A stretch of DNA of 64,000 nucleotides from Lytechinus pictus (Eukaryota), in contig NC_087252.1 in the NCBI RefSeq assembly GCF_037042905.1, forward strand, positions 27,468,001 through 27,532,000. The letters are read 5' to 3'. The notes beneath the pieces were generated by a model. It was not told the origin of the DNA, did no database searches, and worked only from the letters and a program-made list of their open reading frames with translations. Shown one piece after another: positions 33,906 through 46,900 of the stretch; the first letter of the stretch is position 1; every line of letters starts with the position of its first letter. Both the position numbers and the translations under genes were made by a program.

Positions 33906-35562
33906 CCTGGTCCCCTACAAAGGAAACTTGTACCTTGGCCCTGTTTTCCTGGACCGAAGGACAATTGTTCCTGTAGTGGCCAATCCCGCCGCACTCATAG
34001 CACTGGTCCCGACCGGGTGACCTCCCGCGTTCACGCGCTGGTTGGGGCCTAGTCTGGATAGCCTCCAGGACCTTCTTGAGGTCCCGTTCCAAACCACCCA
34101 GACGCTGCAGATCCCGCTCGATGTGGCCCAAGCGTTCATCGGTCTTGCGTTCTAGGTTCACCAACCTTTGCTCAAGGGCTGCATTGTTCCCTTGGGGTAG
34201 TTCCACCTTACGGACCTCCCCTTCATTAGCCTTAGACACTGCCTTGGGACGCCCGTACATTGCGCGGTGCACGTGTTGGTGCCACTCAATATACTTAAGC
34301 GCCTCATTCACGGTAGATGGATTCCGCGTAAGCGCGTGGCACCCCGCCTCTCGGTTGAGGGCGCCCTGGCACAGGCGAAGGACCGCCTGTCTATTCGGGT
34401 AGGACCCATTGACCCCTGGAAAAGCACGCGCTGCTAGCTGGAGCACCCGGTCTGCCCAGTCTGGCAGGGATTCAGTGGGTCCCTGCTTGGCTGCCACAAA
34501 CTCCAGCTGAGCAGATTCAGAGAGCCCTTCCTCCCCGAACCTGTGCTGCAGCCGGGCCACTAGACCTGCATATGGCATATTTGGCTCTTGGTCCAAGACC
34601 ATTAGCAAATAATCTTCAGCCTTCCCTTTCAGGCCCCAGTATAGCTGGCTTACGCGCTCCATTGCAGTCCAATTATGGTGATCAGCAAAGGCGGAGAACT
34701 TTCTGAAGAAAGCCCTCCAGTTACCCTTGCCGTTGAAAGTGAGGGACTTTGGCAGCGTGTAATATGGTAATCCACCACCAGTCCCCCTCCCTGAGGAACC
34801 ACTAGAATTCGCAGGTGACGCAGCCGGGCTACTAAGCGGCGAAGATGAACTGTACTGGGCTGGGCGTGTCATACCCGCCCGCACATTCCTTGCGCTGTAA
34901 TCTGGGGTAGGGGGTGGGGCTGAGGAGCCCCTCCCGTCTCCTACCCTGGTCTTTATACCTGCCCCTTGCCTCCCCCCTTGGGAGGGATGCCTAGCGGGGA
35001 GGTCATCACCTCCGGACCATTCGCTTGAATCACCACTTACCTGCATGCCTCTATTCGCATAGGCCCCATTAGCCTCTTCGCCTATTAGGTGCCCGGGTCT
35101 GACCCTCGGCTCTACACCAACTCTCATACTTGCCTCTCGGGTGCTTGGGGGCTCGGGCCCCCGCTCCTCCCGGAAGTGAGATGAGCTGGCGCCCCAGGAC
35201 CCACTAGACTGGTTACTTTGACTTGACCTAGGGGGCTGATGTTGGTCATAGGAGTAAACACCCCCGGAACCTGCCACCCCATTTTGGTCAGACTCGCTAT
35301 GCGGGGTGCTCGCAGTGAGGCTTCCCCTAGGGGTAATAAAAATACTGCCCTCTACCCCTTGGGTGCCCTCCCAAAAATCTACTCTTCGTGCTAGCTCCCT
35401 ATTGCTGCATAGCGCTGGGCTGCTCTCAAATAGCTCAGGGGTTATTTCCCCCTGATCCATTCGAATCCCCTGAATTATCCCAGCTAGGGCTGAACTTAGC
35501 CCTAGCGACCTGAACTCCTCAAAGGAGCACACATTGATAGGGATTTTCTCTTCCCCGTCCAT
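33838..35562 (-). CDS. Gag (574 aa): N-terminal helix-hairpin-helix, capsid region, CCHC zinc knuckle
   Basis: LTFNGKGNWRAF...L.G.A capsid signature; CYECGGIGHYRNNC knuckle; N-terminal INVCSFEEFRSLGLSSALAGIIQGIR. Confidence 0.92.
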   Translation of the reverse strand: MDGEEKIPINVCSFEEFRSLGLSSALAGIIQGIRMDQGEITPELFESSPALCSNRELARRVDFWEGTQGVEGSIFITPRGSLTASTPHSESDQNGVAGSGGVYSYDQHQPPRSSQSNQSSGSWGASSSHFREERGPEPPSTREASMRVGVEPRVRPGHLIGEEANGAYANRGMQVSGDSSEWSGGDDLPARHPSQGGRQGAGIKTRVGDGRGSSAPPPTPDYSARNVRAGMTRPAQYSSSSPLSSPAASPANSSGSSGRGTGGGLPYYTLPKSLTFNGKGNWRAFFRKFSAFADHHNWTAMERVSQLYWGLKGKAEDYLLMVLDQEPNMPYAGLVARLQHRFGEEGLSESAQLEFVAAKQGPTESLPDWADRVLQLAARAFPGVNGSYPNRQAVLRLCQGALNREAGCHALTRNPSTVNEALKYIEWHQHVHRAMYGRPKAVSKANEGEVRKVELPQGNNAALEQRLVNLERKTDERLGHIERDLQRLGGLERDLKKVLEAIQTRPQPARERGRSPGRDQCYECGGIGHYRNNCPSVQENRAKVQVSFVGDQEEENSSGSEELASPRPPPPEAN

Positions 35563-35699
35563 GTTGTGTTTACCCTAATTGGTGTTATCCTAGCAAGGTT
35601 CAGTTAGGCCCAATACTGAGCCCAACCAAACCCCTGTTGAAATTATCCAAAAGCTATTCTAAAACTAGGTCTCAACCTATCTTATTAAATTCTTTCTTT

Positions 35700-36165
35700 T
35701 ATTTCCTTTTGGCAACTAAATTACAAAAAGGTCCAAATGTATACCCCAATCAGTTTATGGTTAGGCACAATAATAAGCCCGACCAAAAACCTACTTAAAT
35801 TTATCTGAAAGTGGTCCCAATATATTCTTTTATTTTTTAGCAACTAAAATTATAAAAACCGGTAAAGAGTCCAAAATTATACCTTTAACAGTCAATGGTT
35901 AGGCACAGTGGTAAGCCCGACCAAAAACCTGCTAAAGTTATCCAAAAAAGCTATCCCAAAAAATTAGGTCCAAATGCAAACCCAATTTATTTTATAACAA
36001 TTCTTTTATTTTTAGCAACTAAAATTATAAAACCGGTAAAAAGTCCAAAATTATACCTTTAACAGTCAATGGTTAGGCACAGTGATAAGCCCGACCAAAA
36101 ACCTGCTAAAGTTATCCAAAAAAGCTATCCCAAAAAATTAGGTCCAAGTGCAAACCCAATTTATG
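35700..36165. repeat. Tandem repeats (period about 130-176 bp) in the Gypsy 5' leader
   Basis: gcaactaaa...tggttaggcaca...aagcccgaccaaaaacct recurs near 35712, 35839 and 36015. Confidence 0.85.
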
Positions 36166-37633
36166 GTATAAAATTCTAGCTTTTATTATTAATTAGATTA
36201 GTTTAGTCCGGTTGTTGCTAATAGTTTGCACAAGCACTGCCAAAAAGAATAATTGTAGCTCTAAAAATATTTATATTAACCTCTAACGTTAAGCCTAACT
36301 TGTCTTTTATTAATTTACCTAGGCTATTTATTTTATTAATCCTCGAAGCTGGTTCTGTCCTCAATCACGCTAGTGACTAGTGCCCGCTCACACCACAGAC
36401 AAATTACATGTACTTATTCACATACACAGTCACCCCACACTCTCTCCAAAAAAATTTTTTTATTTCTTTTATTTATTTGGCAACGGACTCCCCGCTACAA
36501 CGAGTGGGTGGGTCCACACGCAACACAACACTACACACTGGCACCAAAAACCAACCTATTAGGTATGCAATACACAACCAATGGTCGTGCACAGTTGCAC
36601 TGGATCTAACGTCAAACCCGGAAATGATCGGGCGGTCTAACTGGTTAGATCTCGATAATTACCGTGAATTCTACCCAGCTTCGAGTACAAAACGTTCCCC
36701 CAAAATTTGAACAAAACACCCTAAAACACCACACAAAATTCAAAATATCCGAAATAGGCAGGCGAGAGAGGATTGGGATAATGCCCTACCTTTGTTGGTC
36801 AGTCTGGCTTCCCGTCCTACTCGCCCAAATAATCGCCGTTGTTTACCCGTATACGTGCGATGGATTGGTCCGGCCTGACGTCAGTTCGGATCTCAAACTA
36901 GACCCAAACGTTGAGCCGACGATGTAAAACAAGATGGCGCCGGTCGGTGGCAGAGAGAACCAATAATATCTCTCCGCCAATAGATCGCCGTGAAATCTTG
37001 GATCGGGCCGCGCGCTTTTACCTAGCCGGAACACACACACTCTTACGCACCTCTCACCCCAACAAAAATAGTTCACTCACAAATCACTCGCAAAACGACA
37101 CAAAAATCATCCAAACACCCAAAATCACAAGCAAATCACACAATCACACCAACGTGAAACACAGTCCACAACTAAAAACGGATATTAAAGCACAAAACTA
37201 AAACAAACTCACAACACAACAACACGTGTGTTCTCCCCCCTTTTCTGGAAATTTCCGTCACGGGACCGGAACTACCATCAGTCCCCGCGACGAAAACCTT
37301 ACCAAAAAAGACAGGGGACGATTGCCTAAATATGTCCCAAATCAAGATTTAACCTCTCAATTCAGGACAATCGCAAACATGAAACAAGGGACAATATTCA
37401 TAGAATATACGCAATACGACAAGGCTCTGAATCTAGCCTTATCAACTGTAATTAGCCCAATCTAAAACTGATTTCTCGTACTCGAGCGGCGACCATTTCC
37501 CCCCACGCAGCGGGGCATAGGGATTTGCTCGTCCGATGCGCAATAGGGGGCCGTTAGCTCGCCGCGAGACAATTATACCCCAATTAATTTCAATAATTTG
37601 GCCTAAAATGCCCACAAAAGCAGGCACAGTCAG

Positions 37634-37646
37634 GCTCGCAGCGCCA
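37634..37646 (-). promoter_or_regulatory. Primer-binding site TGGCGCTGCGAGC, probably tRNA-Ser
   Basis: Starts with TGG one base inside the LTR. Its complement GCTCGCAGCGCCA resembles the 3' end of metazoan tRNA-Ser (from memory). Confidence 0.75.
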
Positions 37647-37647
37647 C

Positions 37648-37883
37648 TGTAGCGGTCGCGCCCCCAGCTTGACCACTAGGTTGATACCTGAAGCTAGAAT
37701 ATAAGGAATAAGTCACTAACCAGTATTTTCCTGGAGTGATGTCCTAGTTCCTGTCTATTCCGTGTGAGTTCAGCTTCAAATACAATGATCCAAGGGATCC
37801 AACGTCCTCCAGCGTCTAAAAGGGGTCCAGCGCCATCTCCCGGTGGAAGACCTATATGGGGGGTGGGGTGACTTACTACAACA
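37648..37883 (-). repeat. 5' LTR
   Basis: Reads identical to 31199-31434; adjacent to the PBS. Confidence 0.95.
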
Positions 37884-38214
37884 ATACTTTAACAAACACA
37901 CATCTCTCTTTTTTTTGTTACATAAAGATCACAATCTAGAATAGCAAAAAAATATATACTTCGTTTTCAAAAACACTCAATTTAAAGATTATCAAATATC
38001 TTACCACCGTTTGTTTGTTATCACTCTCTCGGCTCTGCCTCTAGGCTCTGGCCTGGGATTCCCACGAGTTCCCAAATTTCCCGCAATGCAAATTTTGACA
38101 GCAAGCCCTCTACGGTATACCAGTACAGTGGAAGATCAAAATAATAAAACGTAGATAATTTGCAAACTGCATGTTGGTTGAAGGGCCCTGGGAACGATTT
38201 TGTTTTACTGGGGG

Positions 38215-39647
38215 CAGGCGCGTAGCCAGGGGGGGGCGGTGGGGGCGGTCGCCCCCCCCCCCAAAACGTCCCCAAAAAGAAAAAAAAGAAGGGAAAAAAA
38301 GAGAGGAGAAAAGGAAAAGCGAAGGGAAGAAAGGGAAGAAAGGTAGCTTTGTGGGTTTTTCTTTAATTCTTTATTTTTTTTTTCAAAAAGAGAAACTCCT
38401 TCACTCTTGCTCTAAATTTATATATATGAATTTTGCTTCCGCGCTGCGCGCGGATAAATGACAATATTGCAGTTCTCCTCTGTTTCCCCCACCCTTTCTC
38501 TAACCCTGTTTTTCCACCTCAGCTATACGTGTTTCTTGCCAGTTCAAGTTCAAATGTATACATGAGGGCATGGAATTAGAGTAAGGTTAGGCCGAAGTGT
38601 ATGAAGTTTTTTTTTTCAAATTGATCGCGAAACTTCTGGTCGGGTCGACTCCAGGCGGGTCAAATCTTTATATCAATTTCCGACGTCACCTCCACTAGGG
38701 CAACTTCTCCTGCTTTTCAGCTCATTATTTAACAACCATAATTTTGGGGCAAACGGGTTTCTAATTAAAAAAAAAAGAAGGTATAAAATTCGTGTCGTAT
38801 CAAATAAAAAAGTACAATATTTTTTAAATCAAATTCTAGTAAATTTCATGTCATTTCCCTGCCCTGTCCTATTTTGCGCCCTCAGTTTGAAATTTTGAAT
38901 GACACTTAAGTTTCTTTATCGTTCAAAATGAAGCGCTTCAAGATTAGTCAAAGACATTATACATCATCCTTTTTATATAATTTTAATAAATCACAGAAGT
39001 TTCAACTTTTTGAGCGGTATTTTCCTTGTAATGAAGTTAAATATTCTTAGAAAATCAATTGAATTAGAGCTGATGGGTATAGAGATATCTGCATGTAATG
39101 AAACGTCCGACCTTTAAGATTTCAGAGTTTCATTGCTCTGCGCGGGGAAGAATATCTTCCTCCCGGCATATCTTCTCTTCTGTTTTGCGAGTTAAAGATA
39201 TGCACTGTGGCTAAATTGTAATCAAATCTGATCTTTCCGAGGGAAGCATTCAATATGACTTAGAGAATACCATTATTTCGGGACCCTTTTCTTTGCCAAA
39301 AAATTATAAAATGCATGAGTTTCCGCGCTTCGCGCGGGGTAATTATCATTATAATTTCCTTCATTTTATCCCTTTTTGTGCGTTCACAATCACTTTTGAA
39401 AACAAGATTCAAAATCACAATAGAGTCAACTGAATTGGAGCTGATACAGGTACTAGAGACAAGATAGACGGCTTCTTTTCATTTTAATTTATGAAACACC
39501 GAAAGCTTCGCGCTTCGCAAGGGAGGGGGAAACTCCCCCTCCCTGCACCCACCCCCTAGGGATCGCGCTTCGCGCGCTCTGTAAGTATTGGCACGCTTCG
39601 CGTGCATTTACCGCCCCCTCCAAAATGAAATCCTGGCTACGCGGTTG
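38215..39647. mobile_element. hAT-like non-autonomous element
   Basis: TIR CAGGCGCGTAGCCAGG/CCTGGCTACGCGGTTG; perfect 8-bp TSD ACTGGGGG (38207-38214, 39648-39655). Confidence 0.88.
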
Positions 39648-40144
39648 ACTGGGGGTGCTGATATAAATTTGAAAATCAAAGAAAGAAAGAAAAAATAAAG
39701 GTTTCACTGCAAGCTGAAGCTCAATTTGGTCCAGAAAAATTATGAAAAGCAAAAAAAAAACAATTACATTTTGGTTACATTTTTCAATTTGTACACACCT
39801 TCCAGAATACCTGGGGGCATTGGCGGCGGAGCAGAGGATTATCTCTATCCCTATGAAGAATAATACACCAGCGGCACCCCCGCTTAATCAAGTGGTGGAC
39901 GGTGGACCGGTGTCCTGAATGCACTGGCCAGCGTACAGATAAAATAAAAAAAAATAAATAAATAATTAAATTAAAAAGTTTCACAACCAATAAAACAGGG
40001 AGGAAAAAAAAGAAAAGAAAGGAAAGGGGTTGAAAATATGACGTTTTCTGAATATTTTACGGGCCCTGCATATTTTCCAATCTAAGGCAATAGCGGCGAG
40101 CGTATCCCCCCCCCCCCCCTTAAATGGGGGGATCGAAGTTCAGC

Positions 40145-40235
40145 ACGGTTCACATCTGTTTTAAGAGATCAGTTCAGGATGTATAAAGGGCCTATATACA
40201 TCCTGAACTGATCTCTTAAAACAGATGTGAACCGT
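40145..40235. repeat. Perfect hairpin with about 41-bp arms
   Basis: acggttcacatctgttttaagagatcagttcaggatgtata and its exact reverse complement around a short loop. Confidence 0.92.
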
Positions 40236-42045
40236 AATGAAACGGGGCCTCGGAAACGGGGGGGGGGGCTGGGTGGGCTGACACTTCTTTCATTTACTAT
40301 TATTTACCTCACTCGCTGCTATCTCTCGTAATCATGATACAAATTGAATACTCCTGCTCCCACTTGAACTCCAATTCCTTTATAAGCTCAAACCGGGAAT
40401 GATTATTCCCATACCACCCTCCATCCCCCCCCCCCCCCTGAGTCGGTAGGCCAACTCATAATGGGGTGTTCTTCCTCATGCTATCACGTAATCACGTATC
40501 CACCGTCTAATTCACATCTCAGTAAATTTGCATGACAGGGGTCTAATATTAGTGCATTTACGGTGACAGTGGTATGCATATATACTTGAATTTTAAAAAA
40601 AATCGCTCAAAGTCTCTTATTTCTATATATTTACATATTTTCCAATTTTGATGCTGCAACTTTTTCAAAATAATTCCTAATCGCAAACAAATGGGATAAT
40701 TGGTTGCATGCAGAGATTAAACATTTCAACCGTTTACGCCATTTTGGTGCTTTCACACGCTGCGCTGCGGGTATGCACAGTCCCTCTCCCTCATGCAGTT
40801 TTGCAATTATTGAGCTATTAGATTATTTTGATGAAATTCGTTGGGGTCTTTTATTAGCGTCCTCAAGTTTTGCATTATTTTGAAGAAAAATTGGGAAAGC
40901 AGGAACAAACCCAACCACCAGCTTTCTTGCTTAAACTTGTTGTGATGAGAATAATTTCAGTTTTCTTATTCTCCAGATACAAAACGTATTATGTTAACAA
41001 CCATCTGACTGTCATTTTGCCCCCCCCCCCCGCCTCCCACTTCCAAAACCGTTCAGCTGCCCCTAGACCATACTGATGGGCACTTAAAAAAAAATTTGAT
41101 TAAAACTGAACTAGTTTCTTGTTCATTTCTTGTTCATAGGACCAACATTAGGTCACATCATGCCGAATAGAATCTATGATTTTTTACAACAATCTTGTTT
41201 TTTTTTTTCTGAAACAACAATTCGAGTAATTTCCCTCGGGTATGGTATCTAATTCAAATTGGAATAGATTGCTATATGTTTATGTTATCATAACAGACAA
41301 TCACGCCATATAGATAGATAGATAGATAGATATATAGCTAGATAGATAGATAGATAGATAGATAGAGGGAGGGAGGGAGGGAGGGAGGGAGGGGAGGAAG
41401 AGGGATAAAAGAGAGAAGGTGAGGGAGGTGGGGGAGGGGGCTAAAGAACCAAATAAGCCAGAAGAATAGAGAGAGAGAGAGGGAGAGAGGGGGGAAGAGG
41501 AGGGTGGGTGGGAATAGTAAAAGAAAGAAGGGAAGGAAATTTTCACATCCGACACCGAATAAAAGTCTAATTTCTGAGACTATACTTCACTGACCTGGGA
41601 GATGACCATACGACCGATTGTGTTTTATCTTCTTTTTTCGAAAGGGACAGAGGAAAACGGGGAGGGGTCGAGTTGAGGAGGCATGATCGACACGCACTCG
41701 CGATTTGGCCACCCACATTGACTGTCCTCTCACGACGATAAATCGCCTTGAATTAAGAATGACAATATTTATATTGTTTTAATCAAGGATGACCAGCCAA
41801 GCCTTCTTCATATTTTAGGACCACACACATGGTACAGACTGACAGTGTATAGGAGGACGTCTTACAAAGTGTTGCGATGGATTCATTCAAACTCAATAAA
41901 TGCGACTGAGAAAAGATCCATCGCGATTTGAGCAGGGAACATGAGATAAACGCAGTTTTGGAGGAAAAAATAGGAAAAGTGAAGAAAAAGGGAAGATAGA
42001 GAAAGGGGTGAAATATATGAGTGTACTAAAGAGAAGTCTTTCAAT

Positions 42046-43958
42046 CAAGGGCGTAGCTACGGGTACGTGGGGGGGGGGGTATGAAGAAAAAAAAGAAGTG
42101 GAAAGATAGAAGGTAAAAAGAAGAGGAAAATAAGAGGAGGAAGACGATCGAATATAATAAGGTGAGGGGAAGACTTGCGAAAAAATATTTCATGTCATTA
42201 TGTTCAAATTTCGCCCGCGCTTCGCGCTTGGATTGTTGCCTGTTCGATGAGATTCATAATTTTGCTCAATATCGGCTGATATGGAGCTTAAAATATCAGG
42301 TTTTGAAGTCAATATACAAAATATATTTCAGCTCGGATATCGAGCTTTCATCATATAATTTTTTTTATTTACAAATTTATTTTTTCGAAAGTGATCTGTA
42401 AAATGTCCGTTTTGTGGTTTAAATATCAACATTTTCAGCTCATTTTTCAGTGTTATTTGATTTGCCAAGTTCCTATTGTCTTCCTGTATTCCATAAAGTT
42501 ATCAAAATATCGCTTTTCATATGTGATTGTTAACGTAGGCCAATCAACTAGAGCTGCGCGCACGCATTTTGATTGGTAAATTTTATAACAAGCTACTTTA
42601 AATCCCCATTTCATTACAGTTTATGAAAAAAAATCGGCTCGCGATTGCGCTCGCATTAATTGTTAAAAATGTATTAACCCAAGTGTCCTATCCATGATTA
42701 CAAAATGCGTAAAATGTCAAATTTTCAAGCCTTAATATAATAATATCAACAAATTCCACACTCTCATTAAGCATATTAGATTAATGAATAAGAAGATAAC
42801 ATTTTCATGAATTCCTAATAACTAAAAAATTGGCGCTTTTCAGAATGGAATATCGACAAGTTTCATCTCGCGCTTAGGAGTAATAAGAAGATAGTCACCA
42901 TTTTCATATGATGACAAAAATAATGTCCTTAGAGTGTCCCGGTCCTAGGTCAAAATAATTATCTAAAAAAAACATCAGCTCGCGCTTCGCGCTCACATCA
43001 TTTATTAAGTGTGATCTACATCCAGTTCAAAATCCTACACATTGCCTGAAATAGTGAGTAAATATTGACAAATTTTTCAGATCGTAATAAAAATGTTTTC
43101 AGCTCGCGCTTCGAGCTGGCATTATTGATCTTCATGATTAAAAAATGTATACAGAATGCCCAGATTCTATAAGTATAAATCTAAAACATGCGCACGCATG
43201 TTTTATTGATATGGACATCTTGTTCTTCATCTAAAACGTGCTTAGATTATCCAGTTTAAGATCAGAATGAGTAATTTTCTGCTCGCTCTTTGGCGCATTA
43301 TTAATGTAGGAAAATACCCAACATGCCCACTTATCCATCCTATTCATGATTTTAAAAACGTGAATAGAGTGTCCCGTTTTAGGTCTAAAATCTCAATTTT
43401 CTTTGTGCTCACATAAATTATTGTTTAGTTACATACCTATCCATTTCATTATAACAAAAAGTGCTTGGAATTACAAAAAAAAATTAGGTCGGGATGTCCA
43501 AAATTTTCAACTCGCGCTTCGCGCTCGCATTATTTAATCGTTGAAATATGTATTGTCTTCATGGGTAACTGCAAACAGTCCTTAACAGGTCCCTTTCAGG
43601 CCAGAACAATTTTTATTAGAAATTTCTGCTCGCGCTTGGCGTTTGCGGTAATTATCTAGTTACATAATGCATCTTGTTTAGGATCACAGCTATTGCCCAG
43701 AATGTTATATTTTCAGGACAAAATACATGAAAGTTTAACAACAAACAAATAATAGCTCACGCTTCGCGCTCGCTTTTTTTTTTTTATATAGGGCTTATAA
43801 GATTATTTAATATTTATGTTGTTTTTTTAATAAGAATATAGCTAAGAAGTGACTGTGCGGACTATCCCTTCAAAGAAACAAAAATAAACTTTAAGCGACC
43901 GATCGGGGAAAATAATTTCCGGCCCCATTCCCTACTGGCGAAAGCTGGATCCGCCCCT
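42046..43958. mobile_element. Non-autonomous DNA element with internal degenerate repeats (ctcgcgcttcgcgctcgcatt about every 130 bp)
   Basis: caagggcgtagct start and ggatccgcccctg end; the motif recurs many times; no TSD found. Confidence 0.55.
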
Positions 43959-46900
43959 GTGACACATATACCGACAAAAATTGTTGCCTCCCCCCCCCCC
44001 ATTAAAAAGCAAGGACCCCCCAGTGCGCCCATTTCACTGGAAAAAATCCTAGCTATACGCCAATGCATTGATAAAAATAATTACGTCATCTTCAGCTGAT
44101 CTGCCCCGCCCCATCAAAATATTCTGGTTCCGCCCCTGTATCAAACAGACACTAAACATAAATCTTATAACATCTTTGCTTCGACTTGAGAAAAATGTCT
44201 TTCAATTATAGAAAATATTTCAATATTCAAAGCTAGCTATTGTGATTAAAAAAAAAATTTGGAGGGGGGGGGGGGGAGCAATCCAGTCTCCACTGGAACA
44301 TTAATCTTGCAAGTCTCTATTTATCACTGTTACTGGCTTTGTATCTCGCCCCCTCAAAATTGTGGTTTCATTACGCCACTGAAAAGTAACGGTAAAATCA
44401 CTGGCGTAACCGATTTTTTTTTTTTTTTTTTTTTTGGGGGGGGGGGGGGGGGGGCTTGGGGGCCATGAATAACCAAGGGAAGAAAGGGAAATGAAAAATG
44501 GTGAATATAATATTTTTCTGTAAAATAGGCCCGATGTCAAAATCGATCGCAACATGCGATTCTTGTATCAAAAAGCTATTTATTTTCTCTCCCGCTACGC
44601 TCACTCGTAGCTTTTTAGAAATTTTGCCCCGTATATACATGTATCATGTCTGACCCCTTCAAAATTTTATGATTCACTAGTACGCCTGGGCTCCGTTTCA
44701 TAAAGGACTTGCAACTGTTACTTTGTCATTATGGCAACTACCACGGAAACCTTGATTCTGATTGGCTGCTGAGCCCTGTTACCATGGTTGTTGCCATAAT
44801 GACAAAATTACAACAGTTGCAAGTCCTTTATGAAATCGTTTCCATCGGGCTACATGTATCGCGATGAAATTGAATTGAATGAAAAACATTTAGTAAAAAA
44901 ATACAACAGTGACTGTGTGACAGCACCATCAGCCCTTTTTAGTTGGATACACACTTAAAATGTTGGGCAACATACTGTCCACTGTGTTGGTTAATGCATG
45001 TTGGTAAAAAAATATATATATTCTGGGCAATTATTATCCAATTATTAGTTTTTGTTACCAAATTTGGGCAGATTTTAACCAATAGTTGTGTTGACAGTAT
45101 GTTGCCCAGGTTTGGTAAAAAGTTGGGCATTTTTTGCCGAACTATTTTAAGAGTGTAAAAGAAAATGACATCACTGCATGTCATTTGTAAATACAAGCGG
45201 AAATTAATCATGTTACAACTTTTTGTTTTGCATGTAAAATATTCAGTATTATAATTGTTCATTTTGTAATCTATTCATGGTTCCTCTTTTGGGGGACGGT
45301 GGACTAACCCTTCATTAAAATAATAATAAAAAATAATGAAGCTTAGAAGTGTCAAACGAGTTACAAATTGATATAATTTATCGTCTTGTCATATTTGAAA
45401 TGATAGGCCTATATTCGTTGGCTGGCCAATCTATTCCTGACCTTATAGCAATAGCCATACTGGCGAGCTACATTCCTCGAAGTTAAGTAGGTCGACTTTA
45501 TACCAAAGCAGCATTGCTACATCATTTTTGATTGATCAATAATTTTTGATTAATTCATTCTAATTACCTATTTATTCACTGACTATAATTATCTGTAATA
45601 CCTCTATCATAGCTCCAAAATATATGTTTAGTTATTTTTTTTATTAATAAATTAATTTATTCATTTATTTATTTAATTATTCATTTATTTATCATTATTA
45701 TTATTATTTTTTTTTGGGGGGTGCACAATGTGTAGGCTACAAAGATGACCAATCATCATAGAAGAGGCAAAAGTAAAAAAAAATGCAAAAGATAACATGA
45801 AAAGACATGACAAGAAAAGAACAATTCTAAAAATAATGTTTCAAGTTATTTTAAACATCCCCAACTGCGCTTAGACAGAACGTTTTCTTTAAACCTCGAC
45901 CGAATGATATTACAGGGAAGGGTATGGAAGGTGAAAAGATAAAATATGAAATATATATTTTTCTGGGTATCATGCTAAATTCTACCAAACAAGGCCAAAG
46001 GATAATTATTTCAAAACCGTTTGTATTTCATATTCAAACTAAAAAAAAAAGAATACAAATCCGGTGAGGATCAACTAGGAAATGTGACATTTTTACCGAG
46101 AAGGCAGGATGTTGAACAAGGAAATCAAACAATTTTGTTTGGCTTGTTACAGTCACACCAGACTCCGACCCCAAACCTCCAATCTGAGGATAGAGTGCCA
46201 CTTGTAAAATCGCAACAGCCACGAAGTAAGTAGAACGCCCGTGTGACTGGCACTCTATTAAATTCCAGGGTCCATAAATTTATTGAGGGAGGGGCTCTCC
46301 CTTATCACTATACAGCACGTCCTACATCGCGGCAACGCCTTATCACGCTACATATTCAGCATACCACGGGGGCTCCAAAACCCGGTCCCTGGAATACAAG
46401 TACTAGCGTCGACCTCTTTTCAACCTTGCGTAGTTTAGTCGTGCAGACAATTTGCGATAATCGACACAATTATGTTTTTATTTGGTGGAATAAACCAGGC
46501 ATAAATCGATAGTAATGCTAATAACTTTGAAGATATATTATTCATATAATTAAATGTCATTAGTAGGAAGTGATTTGACTATTGTTTCAAAACTACGTGC
46601 ACCATTTAACGTTTCCATTTCCATTTTGTTTAAAAGGGACTGTTTAATAGACTACTAATCGCGGAACTTGCTACATCCTAAACAATGGGAAACGCGTTTT
46701 GTCTAGTTTCCGATTGAGCGTGTACAAGGCAGACAGAGGACTAGGGGTTGGGAGGGGGGGGGGGGGGTAGAAAGACCAGATGAAAGAGGGAGGGGAAGAA
46801 GAGAGTGAGAGCATGCAGCTCCATTGTGAGAGGAAGAGAGAGAAAAAGAGTGAGATCAGGGGGGGGGGGATATTGACTCTCAGCCAGGACACTTCACCTA

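Larger units (their letters stand above)
31199..37883 (-). mobile_element. Ty3/Gypsy LTR retrotransposon, internally deleted (no RT, RNase H or integrase), carrying a TatD fragment
   Basis: Two 236-bp TG...CA LTRs, 4-bp TSD ATAC (31195-31198, 37884-37887), PBS, PPT, gag and protease ORFs. Confidence 0.95.
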
